Positions 38,701 through 50,995 of a DNA stretch of 64,000 bases are shown one piece after another. Under the pieces are notes generated by a model that saw only the letters and a list, made by a program, of their open reading frames with translations, searched no databases and had not been told where the DNA came from. Origin of the DNA: Puccinia triticina (taxonomy: Eukaryota); the NCBI GenBank assembly GCA_026914245.1, contig CP110439.1:6696001-6760000 (forward strand), in the 5' to 3' direction. A program made the position numbers and the translations under genes. How positions within the stretch are numbered: the first letter of the stretch is position 1; every line of letters starts with the position of its first letter.

Positions 38701-39356
38701 AAGAGGCTCCTTATGTCTTAGAACGTGGGTGGATACCTAGACTGCCTAAAAATACTGTTAATGACAAATTGCCATATATTCATCCAACTTCTTCAGATTT
38801 TAAAAAGATGCTAGATGCGGCCCATGATCATGCAAGAAATTGTGTAACAGAGGCTGTAGAGTACAACAAGAATAGGTGGGACAAGAGTCATAGAGAACCA
38901 GAATTTAAGGTTGGAGATAAAGTAATGTTATCCACGGTAAACTTCAATAATCTGGGAGGGAATAGAAAACTCAAGCCTTCTTTTGTTGGACCTTTTGTCA
39001 TCAAACAACTACATGGGAAAAATGCAGTTGAGGTAATTCTGAGTGAAGAACTTTCAAGAAAGCACCCAGTATTTCCAGTAAGTTTAATTAAACCATGGAT
39101 ATCAAGACCTGGAGAATCTATAGATGTTCAACCTACTATTCCTGTAGAAGAACCAGTTGAGAATTCAAAATTACAAGTGCAGAAAATTCTAAAAGATAAG
39201 AAGGAACGTATTAATGGTAAAGATGTGCGTCTGTACCTTGTACGGTACAAAAATAATTCAGCAGATAGAGATGAATGGTTGCCTGAAAACAATATTCCAG
39301 ATGGAACTATTCATCTCCGTAATTATAGACTTTTGAAAAGGTCTAAAAACCTCTGA
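35718..39356 (+). CDS. Pol polyprotein: protease, RT, RNase H, integrase, chromodomain
   Basis: An uninterrupted 1212-aa ORF with [38 protein letters not shown] and a C-terminal chromodomain (YLVRYKN...DEWLPE). Confidence 0.95.
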   Translation: MGVGHVTDAKILTNKPEQGKNYTLGKSSYTTVLFAETEVKALLDIGAFCSCTSQSFLDKCYSEWREHLLPVPKAKFSSCNSNMHPIGIVSMPLIFPHTKGSVRLIVEFVVLQDALCDYLILGNDTFCMYGFDIFQSKDRHYTIGGDWKRKFQICNINSIISDPVTKMDPEIQKQMLCFKADYLNQAAVNNELSDSQKMDILKICFDNKQAFCTSDEPIGDIKGHDMSIELTVQTPYPPMLRKAAYPSSPKSREALENHINELLDLRVIRKVGHNEQVEMTTPVMIAWHNDKSRMVGDFRALNTYTKADHYPIPRIEHALQNLSKAKYITTMDVLKGFHQIPIEEESRKFLRIICHLGVFEYLRTPFGIKNSPSHFQRMMDSIFGQYIRQGWMMVYIDDIIIYSDDWDDHKEKVRMILEKSIEVGLKMSIKKCNFGYGELKALGRIVSGLMLAVDQHKVAAVLLNPMPSNKKEMMSFLGFCSYYRQFVPQFSNITKCLYAVCNEDTIFEMTYERVQAYEQLKKLLTSAPVLAQPDYTKPFILYIDACLDGLGAALHQEFLIDDQVVEKTILFISRQIKDSERRYGASQMECLALVWALEKLHYYLEGSNFVVISDCMAVKTLMNMKTPNRHMLRWQIAIQQYRGHMTIIHKEGKKHKNADGLSRWALPNTPDNPAYDPDDEDIFPILGIHVCDLDEAFYDLVRNSYDQDSNLLTLVEILKNDNCPPELISSLRSELLVDYKLGKFTLLDGLLYYRNKHSSVLVLCDKNQIVDILKECHDSITSGHFSEDRTLERIRNTAWWINWKKEAQTYIKSCDICQKANKQTGKRFGLLQKIAEPKSQWEIINMDFVTGLPPAGAYSYNSVLVIVDRFSKRARFIPNHKDDTAMEIAMLFWNRIMSDVGIPKIIISDRDPKFTSEFWRNLHDMLGTKLAFSTAYHPQTDGLAERMIQTLEDMLRRFCSFGFEFKNQDGYTHYWVNLLPALEVAYNSSKHSTTKEAPYVLERGWIPRLPKNTVNDKLPYIHPTSSDFKKMLDAAHDHARNCVTEAVEYNKNRWDKSHREPEFKVGDKVMLSTVNFNNLGGNRKLKPSFVGPFVIKQLHGKNAVEVILSEELSRKHPVFPVSLIKPWISRPGESIDVQPTIPVEEPVENSKLQVQKILKDKKERINGKDVRLYLVRYKNNSADRDEWLPENNIPDGTIHLRNYRLLKRSKNL

Positions 39357-41829
39357 TTTTTTTCTATAGTCTCATCTTAAAGGGTAGGAAATGTCAGCCG
39401 GCTACGCAGCGCAAGCCAGCGTAACACTTGTATAAATAATTATAAATGATATTTAGAATTTTTTGTGACAGACAACTAGTTGATCTGTCACTTATAATAT
39501 AAAGATATAAATACATATAAGTTTAATCTGAAAAGTAGTGAATATTTGAAATATAGTCAGGGTGAATATTAAACTACACCCGTGCGCGTGAGCTACATAC
39601 AAAAATGTCAATGACATCCAGTTGACAGGTGTCACTTATAATATTGTGTCTGAGAAATAATATTCTCCAGACAAAATAAGGCCTTATCCGAGTTCGAGTG
39701 CGATAAACCAAGTTCTAGAGAGATAAGCCGATAGACCTCGATAACCAACCGCCCCATCCGAACTCGAGAAAGATAAACTGACAGAAAAGCAACAACCCCA
39801 TCAAGAATCAAATGTCATCAAGAAATACTGTCCGCCGCAGCCCGCGAAGACATTCGAGTGAAATAGTATCCCCATCAAATCCAGATAAGGAAAGAATATT
39901 TAAGGAGGTCTGTTCGACCTCATTTCATTTTTTCTTCAGCTTAAGACAACCCACCAATATTCTAATACCAGTATCTCATTGATTTCCTCTCAGCTTTCGA
40001 TTGATCTCGTCTTCGAACATTTGCCGTCTCTAGCCTTCCGTAAATTCTCGATCATCTCTCGCAGCGATAACAGATTGGTTCCTTATTATAAGTAAGTAAG
40101 AAACCATTTCTCTTTATCGCCGCTATTTCCTTTTAACTGTAAGACTGGGAATATAACTACACCTGCTAGCAGGCCCCAGCTATTATCTTAGGAGGGATCT
40201 AAACAACCCCTGTTTGCAGGCCCCTCCTTTAAAAATATATATTTCTTTTATTTATTCCAAACAAAACAACCTCAAAAACCTACCCTTTTATTCGCTATCA
40301 CCCGGTGTAGCTAGAAGAAAGCTGTTCTTGGCATCACCGAGGCTGACAATTTGTAGCTGATCTCGATTTTCTTTCAGAAGCTGCTACATTCAAGACAGCC
40401 CTCCGACTAGGTGGATTACAAGCGACAGAAGTTCCTGCTTTCAGTTGGGAGGTTGACTTTGACCTGATTGGCTTCAATTTCAATTCGAGAGAACTCAGCT
40501 GAGTTTGGAGTCTTGCGAGTTGTAGTCGAATCAATGCGATCTCCTCCTCAATGGTCATGACTGAAGCAGTAAAAAATAATGACAGAGTGATGAGTCGTCC
40601 AAAAAAGAAAGCCAGAGCTGAGGAGAGAATTTTTTATATTGAGGGCGAAGGCCAGGTGTTGATGAACTCGGCAAACCCAAAAACCAAAGTGATCGCAGGT
40701 GATTTGAAGCTAAAGAAAATTGAAGAGAGGTCGTCCGATAGAAAAATACGGCTTCAATCAAGATGAATAAGAGAAGTTTGGCTATCCGTTCGTCCGATAC
40801 AAAAATCGAAAGAAGGCTGAGGGTTCCGGCCGCTAACCAAAAACGACGGTGGTGGTGGTTTGATGATAAACAAAACACAAAAACTGAGATGTCGAGATCA
40901 AACTTGATGTCCAACAACGACAACAATGGTTTACAGCTAACCAAAAACTAGGATGGTTTTCCAACGATGACAGCTGTTGTTTGATTTGTGGATCAAGAAT
41001 CAGCAAAAAAATCTTTGAGCTGGACTGGGATGTCGAGTTCCTTCTGCACAGGGCCTATCCAGGTTTACAGGTACAATGGGGTGGTCGCCAATTGTCAGCC
41101 GGCGTCTCTAGTGCGACAGTCGGTTGATGATGTGAGAGATTCAAAGCTGGTGTTCTGACAGTGATTTGGATATTTATTGTGAACTGGCAATCTTGAGACA
41201 GTGATTTGAGTATGTATCTGAAGATGAGGAGGAAAGTTGATATGATGTCGTCTTGTCTTGGATTTCTGGGGAACATAGAAATGAACAAGGTACAACTAAT
41301 ATAGAGATGATGAATTGACTAACTCTATACAAGCATATTATGACCATGATGAAGTAAAGGTAGAGTAACTGGGGAGACAACTATTGTAGACTGTGTAGAA
41401 AATATAACATTAACTTGCTGGAGGTATGTTGTATTTACTTGCAGGCTGACAGGGGGGCAGGATAGCCAGCGGGAGCAGGTAGATGGTGTGTTGGATTCAG
41501 CGTGAGGGCTGGAGATGGCTGTAGCAGCTGGATCATGTGTTTGGGGGCTTGACAACGGTTGGCAAGGGAACGGCTGGGACTCAGGGGCAGAACAATGGCA
41601 AGAGGCGCAAGGGTTGTGGTGTGAGCGCGTGCAAGCCTGGCAAATACAATGGCAAGGCAGTGACTTTGTTGGTATATCAGATGAGGTGGGAGACAAGGGT
41701 ATCAGCAAAAACTCCAGTCTTGTTGACAACACCTAGCCGTGCAGGTCAGAGGTACTGGATGTGCGTGGCTGTGGTGTAGTTGTCAAGGCTAGATATGTTT
41801 TGCAGCCAAGTGCGCTGGTGGAATCTGTT

Positions 41830-42327
41830 GAGTGCCAGGTAGTTGCAGATCACCTATAAAAGTAGGTTTGACTTGCTTGTTTGTGTACCCCAGGGCGTCC
41901 TCCGCCACTGTACTTCCAGCATGCAATTTCGTCCTCAACCCCCTCCGCTGTTGCACGTGCGCAGTTTGAGGGTCTCTACTCGGTGGCCCCCCTTTGCATA
42001 ATGCCTTCAATGAGGCGCGCTGGGGGTCATCCTCTCACCATTTTTTTAACCCTGATAGACAGGGATGGATGGTGGTCCACGGTGCATCAGCCTGCTGATG
42101 TTAGGTGGCTGGGTGCAGATTATTGTTCTCTTTTTGGTTTTTGTAATATTGTAGTTTTTTTGTTGATTTAGGCATTTTTAGAGGGAGGGATCAAAACCCT
42201 TGACGTTTTTTTTCTGGGAGTTGTATAGGGGAAACCCTTGATTTTTTTTTTTTGTATTTTTTTTGTGATTTATAGGGTAACCCCTTGAATTTTTGTTTTG
42301 TGATTCCAAGACTTTAGTAAACTTGAA
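41830..42327 (-). mobile_element. Helitron 5' terminal region (same family as 10260-10747)
   Basis: Long, close similarity to 10290-10747. The terminus reads TTCAAGTTTACTAAAG, with the TC mutated. Confidence 0.7.
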
Positions 42328-42853
42328 TGTATTACAAAAACAATGGATTAAACCCAACAAAAAATGACTCTTAGAAGCCTTTCACAGATTCTGAAACCCT
42401 TTCAATGTAGCATGTGAGCAGGAAGGAACAGGACGGAACAAGTATGTATGCACACTATTTATGCACCTTTATGCACAAACAAAATTGAAACAAAACACAT
42501 TGTCATAAGTATGTCATTTTGAATACCAGATTGAAACATGGTATATCAGTATGTCACAGGAAAAAAAATCCAAGCAGTGTCAGTTTGAAACAAGTTTCTT
42601 AGATCTACTTAAGTATCATTTTTGCCAAACAGAAAATCATTTTGAAACAATTTACGTAAGAGTGTCTAGTAGGGGCTTGTCAGGGTTCTGATACATTTCT
42701 GGTGACTTTGAAAACATGATTCAAAGTTCAGTTTTTTTTTTGTGGGAGGAGGGTAGTTGAGAAGTGATTAGGAGCACTTTACTTTGGTTATACTTCCTTT
42801 TCATTGCCAAAGGGTATAAATAGACCCTGCCTGGTTGGGTTTTTTCAATCCTC

Positions 42854-43572
42854 ACCATTTTAAATAGCTAAAAATATCTTACACATTTGCAAGCTGCCAC
42901 TGTTATTTTGTGGGCATTTCACTCAGCCATCATAGCTTTCACACAAGCCCAAATCTTCCATAGTCCACACTGCAGTTCTATAAAAACCAAGTAAATCTAT
43001 TGATTTCCCTTGAAGGCATTTATTTGGGATATTATTGGAAAACATCATAGAGAAGTAGTTATGTATATCTTGCGTACACATATAGCTCTATACAAAGTTT
43101 TCCATTTCTATTATTGAAAATCTCTGCAGGATCTATTATACCAAACAAAATCAATACTCATGAGTTAGCTGATAGGCATATAGAGAACTTTGACCTTACC
43201 AAATGTTCACCTCCAGACAGCTTTATAACAGATTTACCTGAAACTGATGGAAGATGTCACTTATGGAATGAGTATTGATTTTGTTTGGTATAATAGATCC
43301 AGAGATTTTCAATAATAGAAATGGAAAACTTTGTATAGAGCTATATGTGTACGCAAGATATACATAACTACTTCTCTATGATGTTTTTCAATAATATCCC
43401 AAATAAATGCCTTCAAGGGAAATCAATAGATTTACTTGGTTTCTATAGAACTGCAGTGTGGACTATAGAAGATTGGGGCTTGTGTGAAAGCTGTGATGGC
43501 TGAGTGAAATGCCCACAAAATAACAGTGGCAGCTTGCAGGTGTGTATGATATTTTTAGCTATGTAAAATGGT
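42854..43572. repeat. Long inverted repeat (foldback-like)
   Basis: Arms at about 42854-43160 and 43269-43572 are near-perfect reverse complements around a spacer of about 110 bp. Confidence 0.88.
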
Positions 43573-45029
43573 TACAATCTTGCGCAAGATTGTAAACTAA
43601 TGGATTGAGTTTGTAAATAGAGCAAAAGCCTGATGGAGATAGTGATGATATTTTCATAGAGGAAAGATCTGCCAAAATTGAAAGCACTCCCTTTTATCAA
43701 AAAATCAACCAAAGAAAGTCAAACAGCATGTCTCCATCCCCTACCCCCAGTTTCCACATTCCACATTCCTCCAGTAGACACCCCTCCAGATGGTCCTACA
43801 GATTTTCATTGCCCATCATCCTCTTGCTCTTATGGTCTTAGTTGTCTCCTTTGACTTTCTGTGAATCAAGTCAATCCATATCTTTCATTCTTTCAAACAA
43901 ACACGGCAAGAATCTCCACACCAACTCATTCCACCAATAAACAGTCATGGCTTCACCCACAATCTCCACTGACCTATTTTCAAATTATATCAGCTTCTGT
44001 CTACATCCATTCCATTTCAATAAATCATTCTTATCAATTTTGTTCTTGGCGACTTCAAAAGAATGGCTTCTTCAAGATTGATCATGTCCATCCCAGAAAC
44101 CTCAAGACACAATTCTATTCACTCAATCACATTCATACCAGTTCTTTTTTCACACATTATTGAACTAGCTACTCAATGAGGCTAGCTCTTGTCATGTTGG
44201 TGCTGCATTCCCTTTGAGCTATTTTTATCCAATCACTTCATTTTTTACCCTGTGTCCCCCAAGCCCCCAGAGTGTGTATGTAGGTGAAGATATTCTTCAG
44301 CCCGAGATTTTTGGCTTCTCCACGCCCATCTGCACACAAATATTAAGATTGAAAATTGGTATAATCGTGGTTATTTTTCGTGTTTGATAGCTGAATGGGT
44401 AAGGATGAGGGTAGACCTTGGCTCCAAGTGCCGACTGATGCGCAGAAAAGTGAGACTTTGCAATTGCATCATACTTTGCATCCGCAAGGCCTGTCTTTTG
44501 TCACTTCTGAGGAAGAACGTTGGAAAGAGACACTGAAAGTGTGGGCGCACCGTCCATCCATTGCTAAAGCTTGCCAACAGGCCCAGCCCACTGTCTCTCA
44601 ACTGGCCAACTTGGCCATCGTTAGAACTTGCTGTGGTCAGGAAAATGGGGTTTCAAAAGAGTGTATATTCTTAACCATTAACAAATGTAATGGTCTCAAA
44701 TGAATGTGGGCGTGGTCGGAATGGATGGATAAAAGTGATAAACTATAAGCTAAACAATAAAGGTAAAAAATTGGACGAGTGTTGCTTTAAGCGAACACTA
44801 TAAGGTCCCGGTAACAATAAGTAAGAAAAATGAAATGACTGGGAAAGGAAGCACTTGATCTATTTAGGGATTTTTTTTGTTCATCAAAGTGCTTAATTAT
44901 CCATTTACCGGTCAAAAGATGGTGATGATGATGGGGCGCTGGCGACTGCGCCTAAATAATTGAGGGCAAAGGATTGGGGAAAGGCGAAGCGGATGAGCCA
45001 GGGCCAGGGAAAAGGAAGGGGAAAAAGGG

Positions 45030-45497
45030 TCAGGGCTCACTGGACCTGCGACGATGTTCCAAGTGGTCGATGAGTTTCCACAGCCGCTCGAGGGGAAAAG
45101 CCTGGTGGTCGAGCTCGGCATAAAGCACGTCGAGGACCCAATCCCTACAGCACCATTGTCCATGGACCGAGCGATACCATACAACGTGCTTGGTATCGAG
45201 CACTCTGACTCTGAAGGCGTTCGTCCCGTTCGGTTGGGAGTCGGACGGATTTCCTAGACGGATGATGGGCCGGAGCGGGCCGATGTCGCGGAACAGCTGG
45301 CGCTGGCTGGGGAAGAACTGCAGATACACTTCGTAGAAGCCGTGCCGACGGGCACTCGCCCGGATGCCGTATGCTGTGCAATCTTGGTCAGTCGGAACGA
45401 CGATCAAATGTCTCGTGTCGCAGCCTCTGGCTCCGTGAGTCGGATCCTTAAATTGCGCGACAAACACTCGGTTGCTCAAACGGTTGACTCGAATCAT
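45030..45497 (-). CDS. Hypothetical protein (155 aa)
   Basis: An ATG-initiated ORF preceded by a candidate 5' UTR intron (CAG|GTAAG at about 45635 to TAG at about 45508) and a TATATAAA at about 45960. No recognised family. Confidence 0.45.
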   Translation of the reverse strand: MIRVNRLSNRVFVAQFKDPTHGARGCDTRHLIVVPTDQDCTAYGIRASARRHGFYEVYLQFFPSQRQLFRDIGPLRPIIRLGNPSDSQPNGTNAFRVRVLDTKHVVWYRSVHGQWCCRDWVLDVLYAELDHQAFPLERLWKLIDHLEHRRRSSEP

Positions 45498-47277
45498 TCT
45501 GCTGGCCTATTCACCCGAACAAATAAAAATCAGGCGTCAGTGGGTCATTCTCTCTCGAGACGTCATGGCAGGCAGGAGAGGAGCCAATAGACGAGAGAGC
45601 TCCAGTCTTCCAATCAAGAAAAGAAAAGTCCTTACCTGAATTGTTGAGTTAAAGTCACTACAGGTTCTAAACACGATCTTCGAGCGGGGGTCTTGCACCA
45701 GAGAGAATAGGCAGCAAAGAGAACAATCACCGGTATATCGAGAAGCGCGGAGAAAAAAGAAGTCTTGGAAGAACCAGTCCTTGACGATGATAGAAATAGT
45801 AAAGAAGTGGAGGAACTTGATTGCACAGCAACAAGTGGAGAATTTATTAAAAAATATCGATGGTTTGTTTGAAAGTGAAGGCGAAAGAAGAAGATGGTTG
45901 TAGCTTGGATGGGGAGGTGGATGGAGGGAAGAGCAACGGAATAGCAGACGACGCTTTATATAGACCAGAAGCCAGGCGGCTCTCTCGGTCTTCCTCTCGC
46001 GGAAGCCTGAGTTCTCCGGATTGACGAAATTCGAACGTGTGCAGCCTGAGGCTGCAGGTCCAGAAAAAGGAATAAACATGTCAGCAGCGGAAGACGTTTG
46101 GCGGCTCCCATTCATGTTCAGCGCGACCAAAGGCGTTCAGTGCGGTCTGCAGCGCCCGGCCTGCAGCAGCAACAGTTCCTCCTCAGCTTGTACAAGATGC
46201 ACCGTTTGTTCCAATTGGATTCGGTTGGATTGGTTTCCGGATCCATGCCACAAGGGGGAGGATGTCTTGAACAAGTATCTCTGTGTCCAACAGACCAGTC
46301 CGTACATTCAATTTTTTCATGAACATCTGCTGAGTGAGAGTGGGTCAACTTCAAGTGCATTGAACGGCCTCGCTATGTAAATGATGCTGGCTCATGAAAG
46401 GCTTACTCGCGGCAGACCCTGGCGAATACCGGGAAAAGGACTGGCGAGAGTTTCAGAAGATGCCTGCAAGGAAACTCCTACAGCTTCCGATTGACATGAC
46501 ACTCGGATCGCCGCTAGCTGAGCCTCTCAAGACCCAACAAGCAATCCCACTCAACGCAAACCCGGAACAAACACTCCAAGATAGTTTCCGTATGCAGACC
46601 GAGGAGCGCGAAAGGCAAAAGTATAACCCAAGGCATGTGGTGCTCCTACCGGAGAGAGCGGTAGTGCTGGCGTCAGGAAACAAGATATGTAGGCTGGAGA
46701 GAGACGGCAAGCATGGACACGAAGTTGCACCAACACCAATGGGGGAGCCGTTAAGCTGAAGAGAAGAACGTCGCACGATGCAAGAAAAAAGCATGGAAGC
46801 TTGGGGGCTAAGCACGTAAACAAAAAAGTGCTCTCCTTCGAGCAGAAAGGAAGGGTGGACCGGATGGCGAGCGTAGCAAGCCACCGTGAAATGGCCGTGC
46901 TCTAGATGGAACAGGCTTCCCGGAGCACAACCCCACTGCCATGCCCTCCATGCAATGGCAGTGCTTTCTTAAATCCGCACTTCACTGTGGATTGCGCCGG
47001 TACATCGCACCCCCGAAGGGCAAGACAGACCACGAGATGGAGGCAAACACTAGCATCCTTATTGGCCCCGATTCGAGACAGAGTAAGATCTGAGGGCCTT
47101 TCTCGGGCGTGTTTGTGTGAAGGAGAAGAAGTGGCGGATGAGATATGCATGTATTTCGAAACAGCATGCCAGACATAGGTCGTCTTGTTGTGTATATCTA
47201 TATGGCCATTAGGACGATGTTCCCCGAACAGAGGCCTACACGGTGGTATATACACAGTGTGTTTAAGGCTCGCGGGT

Positions 47278-48069
47278 TTATAGTTTAGTAGCGATAGCCT
47301 CGATCTCGACCAAGACGTCCAAAGGCAAACGCGCGACCTGCGGGAGCGAATCCGGAGCTGAGAGCGGTCAGAGGCAGAGCAGACCGAACAGGGGTCGCGG
47401 GGACACAGAAGGGGAAATGGGGACAGACTTCAACACAGCTTCGGGCGGGCTTGTGGTCCTTGAAAAACGTCGAATAGACCTTGTTGATCTGTGCGAACTG
47501 GGACATATCCTTGATGAAAACGGTGGTCTTGATGACTGATTCGAGGGAGCCGCCGGCCTGGGCCAAGACCTTGGACAAGTTCTTGAGGCATTGTTCCTAC
47601 ACGTCGGAGGGGCGTTTTTTTGGAGTCAGGTCCTGGGTGGCGGTTAGAGGGGAGAGGGAGAGCGGGATGGACACTGACGGTCTGGAGCTCGACATCGGTG
47701 GGATGGATGACTTTCATCGTGCTCGGGTCCAACGGGATCGAGCCGCTAGAGTAAATGAGGCCGTTCGAGGTGACGACGGCCTGGGCTATGAGGTCCAGAC
47801 GGGGGGGAGCGCTTTATCAGATCATGCGAATGGGCGAGCAGCTGTCGCCCAGAAAGAGCCTCACAATACGGGCCGATAGCCTCGGGGGCGCCGGGCGTGC
47901 CGTTGATGGTAGTCAGCGTGATCGGGGCAGACATCGTGTTCCGCGGAGGCGATGTGCTGGTCAGGGTGCGGAGGGGACTGCTGGCGAGGCCTGGACGGGG
48001 AGAGAAGTGCTGGGGGTGTCGCTTGAGGGTGGTGGCGAGCAGCTGTCGCAGTGCTGGGCTGGTCTTCAT
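47278..48069 (-). CDS. RidA/YjgF/YER057c family enamine deaminase (Mmf1/Hmf1-like), 4 exons
   Basis: The spliced product contains [40 protein letters not shown] and [23 protein letters not shown]. Confidence 0.92.
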
Positions 48070-48330
48070 GGTCGCCGGCCTCGGGGCTGGGCCCGCCGGC
48101 AGGACTGGCTGCGACTGTCCACTCAGGCTAACCTAACCCACTTCATCTCACACTTCTGCCCAACAGAAGACCCCTCAAGACCTACTGTGGGTGGAGTAGA
48201 CACCAGGATAGAAATTTCCAGCATCAAGACCGATAGGCATGACTGACTGGATATCTGCACACTTCTGGGATATGCTATGGTCAGGTGGTATGTACTAGAT
48301 ACATGAATGAAGATGTATAAAAAAAGGCTA

Positions 48331-49478
48331 TCACTTCAAGAAGTGCTCCAAGCCTTTCACGACGCGCTGGACTCTTCGACAAGTCAAGCTGACTCTGCGG
48401 CCGCGAGCCAAGGCTTGATCGTCGAGCTGCGGATGAGGATGCTGAGAGAAATCGGGCCAATTGAGACAGGGTTCGAGGTGGGAGGAGAGCAGGTCGGCGG
48501 GCCGGGCGGGGATGGAGTGGAGCAGGTGTTCGTAGCATTCTCCGCTGATGATTATCAGCGAGCGCCGGGGAACGAAGAGCGAGAAGAGCGGCGAGGGCGC
48601 GATCGGTCGTCCGCCTTCGCCAGTCGCCGCCGGCACCTCTGGGTCGGCCTGCCCCTCAATGTCCTTCTCCTCCCCAGCTTCCGCTCCAGCTCGATCGGCC
48701 CCAGCCGCCCGTCTAGCCGCGTCCAGCCGTCTTGAAAAGTGCTCGTATCGGTCCGAGTAGCAGTAGAACTCGTACACGGTGTCCGACTCCAAGGAGATCG
48801 TGGCCACCGTCGGCAGGTATGCGGGTCCACTGTCGCCCCATTCCCATCCACAGCATCAATCATAAGCTTCCAGGAGGACTGCTGGAGGCTCGGGCGGCGC
48901 CGACTTACTCGAGATGAGGAAGGATCCCGTCTCCAGGGGCGTACTCGTTCACAAGACAATGGTTCGGTGGGAGGGGCGGGCCCGATGATGAGGGCTCGGC
49001 GGCGCTGAAGATCTTCAGCGCCTCGAGTCGTTGGAAAACACGCGGCCATTCGTCGGTCATAAAGCTCGGCGGACTTTGGGGGACCAGTCTGCCCTTCGGC
49101 GTCATCGTCCCGCCCCAATACATCGACCTTCCATCCCCGATCATCATCCATTGTTACGTTGAGTGTCTTCTTCTTTGTAGTGTGATCGGAGAAATCAAGG
49201 ACCGACCTTCGCCCATTCACCCGTTGCCAGCCTCCCGCCCGCACAGAGATCGCAAGATCAGGCTTGACGACCGCGTTCGAGTTCCCCACACGGTCGACCT
49301 GCAAGACTTGACTCCATCCCCTCGATCAGCCAAACAATAAAAAAAAAGGGATGTGGGGGGATGGACTCACCGCTCCGCTTAGATAGCTCTCATCGGCGGC
49401 ACTGATGAAGTCTCGGACCAGATGGATCGACGGGATCGGGATCGCTATCCGGTGGTCGTCCAGGTTGAAAGTCGCCAT
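48331..49478 (-). CDS. AlkB-family Fe(II)/2OG dioxygenase, ALKBH6-like, 4 exons
   Basis: The motif PNHCLVNEYAPGDGILPHL-D-GPAY has its HxD split by an intron. Also present are TISL, PRRSL, HSI and RVSLTCR. Confidence 0.85.
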
Positions 49479-50211
49479 CGTCTCGGGAATATGGGTCCGG
49501 CCAGCTACACTCGGGCGCACGCGTACAAGTTGACACAAGTCCCTCCTATGGCACAAAATCAAACCTTGCTTTTTTGAATGGAGATACTGAATCTGCTCCT
49601 GGATACCTGAACTCCATGGAGCATCGACCATGCAGGATAGCAGGAAACCACCGGAAAATCTAATTTTCTGACTCTCTCAGCAGTTGTTTCCGCCACTTGG
49701 TCATGTACCAACCCCCACAACTTCCTCCACAGGTCACCCCGCCTTTGAGTTGCCATCGTCTGTGAATTGAAGGTGTTGGCTAACCAAAATACACAGCTGA
49801 TGCTTATGTTTCAAAGGCAACTCGTCAGGTGCGCTTCAATTAATGGCTTGGCACACAGCTGGTTGGAGTCAGACGGTTGACTTGGAATCAGGCTGACTTC
49901 AAATGTCTCAAGAGCTGGGTATCCCTGGCTTCACCTTTCAAAGCAACCGCACTCTGCTGCTGCACCGCGGGGGCAGAGTGCAGGGCCCCGTGAGCCCCCT
50001 GAAGGTTCGAGCTGGCCGGTGAGTGCGCCCGCGGTCCGGTGCGGTCGCAGATGATGTAATTGATGAGACTGCCAAGCTCGCAGACCTAACCTCCGGCAAG
50101 CGCACATACCGATGGGGATTGCTGCGCTGCCCAGCTGCCTGGCCCTCCGCTGGCTGCCTGAACAGCCCACCCACTCGCAAGACCCGACATTCAGACACGA
50201 CGACGCCGACC

Positions 50212-50995
50212 ATGCCAGCTCCAATCGTTATCGACGGCAAGGGCCATCTCCTTGGTCGATTGGCTTCCATCGTGGCCAAGCAGGCCATCTCCGGCCAGAA
50301 GGTCGTGGTGGTTCGTTGTGAAGAAATTAACGTCTCTGGCAGCTTTTTCCGCTTGAAGGTTTGTTACTGTAGCCCAGTCCCCCTCTTGGACCAACCTGCA
50401 GATGATTGATGGGTTGTCTTGCTCAAACTTTTCAAACTGCTGCCGCCTCCGCCTCTGTATTCCCCACCTCGATCGCTCTAGCTTCGTTGGGCCGACCACA
50501 TGCACAAGCGACATTTGGTCAACCCCAAGAAAAGCGGTCCCTTCCACCACCGAGCCCCATCGAGAATTCTCTACAAGGCCATCCGTGGAATGATTCCTCA
50601 CAAGACTGCTCGTGGTGCCGCTGCCCTTCAACGATTGAAACTCTTCGAAGGTATGCCTCCTCCTTACGACCGCAAGAAGAAGATGGTCGTCCCCCAAGCT
50701 CTGCGTGTACTGCGATTGAAGCCCGGCCGCAAGTGGTGTACCATCAAGCGACTGAGTCATGAGTACGGTTGGGGTTACAAGGATGTTGTCGACACCCTCG
50801 AAGCCAAACGAAAAGTCAAGGCACAGGCATTCCATGAGCGCAAGGTGGGCACCCTATTTCTTATTTCAGTGGGTACACGATCTGATCACTTGGGCTTATA
50901 TAATTCAGGTCGCACTCCTCAAGGCCCGCAAACAAGTTGCTGCTCAAGATGCTACTCAAACTGTCCAATCCCAACTTGCTGCCCTTGGTTACTAG
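50212..50995 (+). CDS. RPL16: 60S ribosomal protein uL13 (yeast L16 / L13a), 3 exons
   Basis: Motifs include [40 protein letters not shown] and [16 protein letters not shown]. Introns are 50359-50481 and about 50844-50908. Confidence 0.96.

Larger units (their letters stand above)
28738..40348 (+). mobile_element. Chromovirus (Ty3/Gypsy) LTR retrotransposon, near intact
   Basis: LTRs are at 28738-29693 and 39392-40348, with TSD ATTTG. The PBS is TGGGGGTCTGGCCGGGA (tRNA-Pro-like) and the PPT is AAAGGGTAGGAAA. It encodes gag and pol with a chromodomain. Confidence 0.95.
26851..41451 (-). mobile_element. Non-autonomous short-LTR retroelement (TRIM-like) hosting the chromovirus
   Basis: The 359-bp LTRs at 26851-27209 and 41093-41451 read TGTCAGCC...GGCTGACA and are flanked by a GGGGG TSD. 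A minus-strand PBS-like TGGCGACCAC lies next to the right LTR. Its own internal region is about 2.3 kb with no gag/pol motifs. Confidence 0.85.

Noticed and set aside
44395..44703. 102-aa ORF as a gene
   Set aside because: No recognisable motif or supporting exon structure that I could establish.
46021..46759. Two consecutive ~120-aa plus-strand ORFs as a gene
   Set aside because: I could not assign a family or a consistent splice model, so they are left unannotated.
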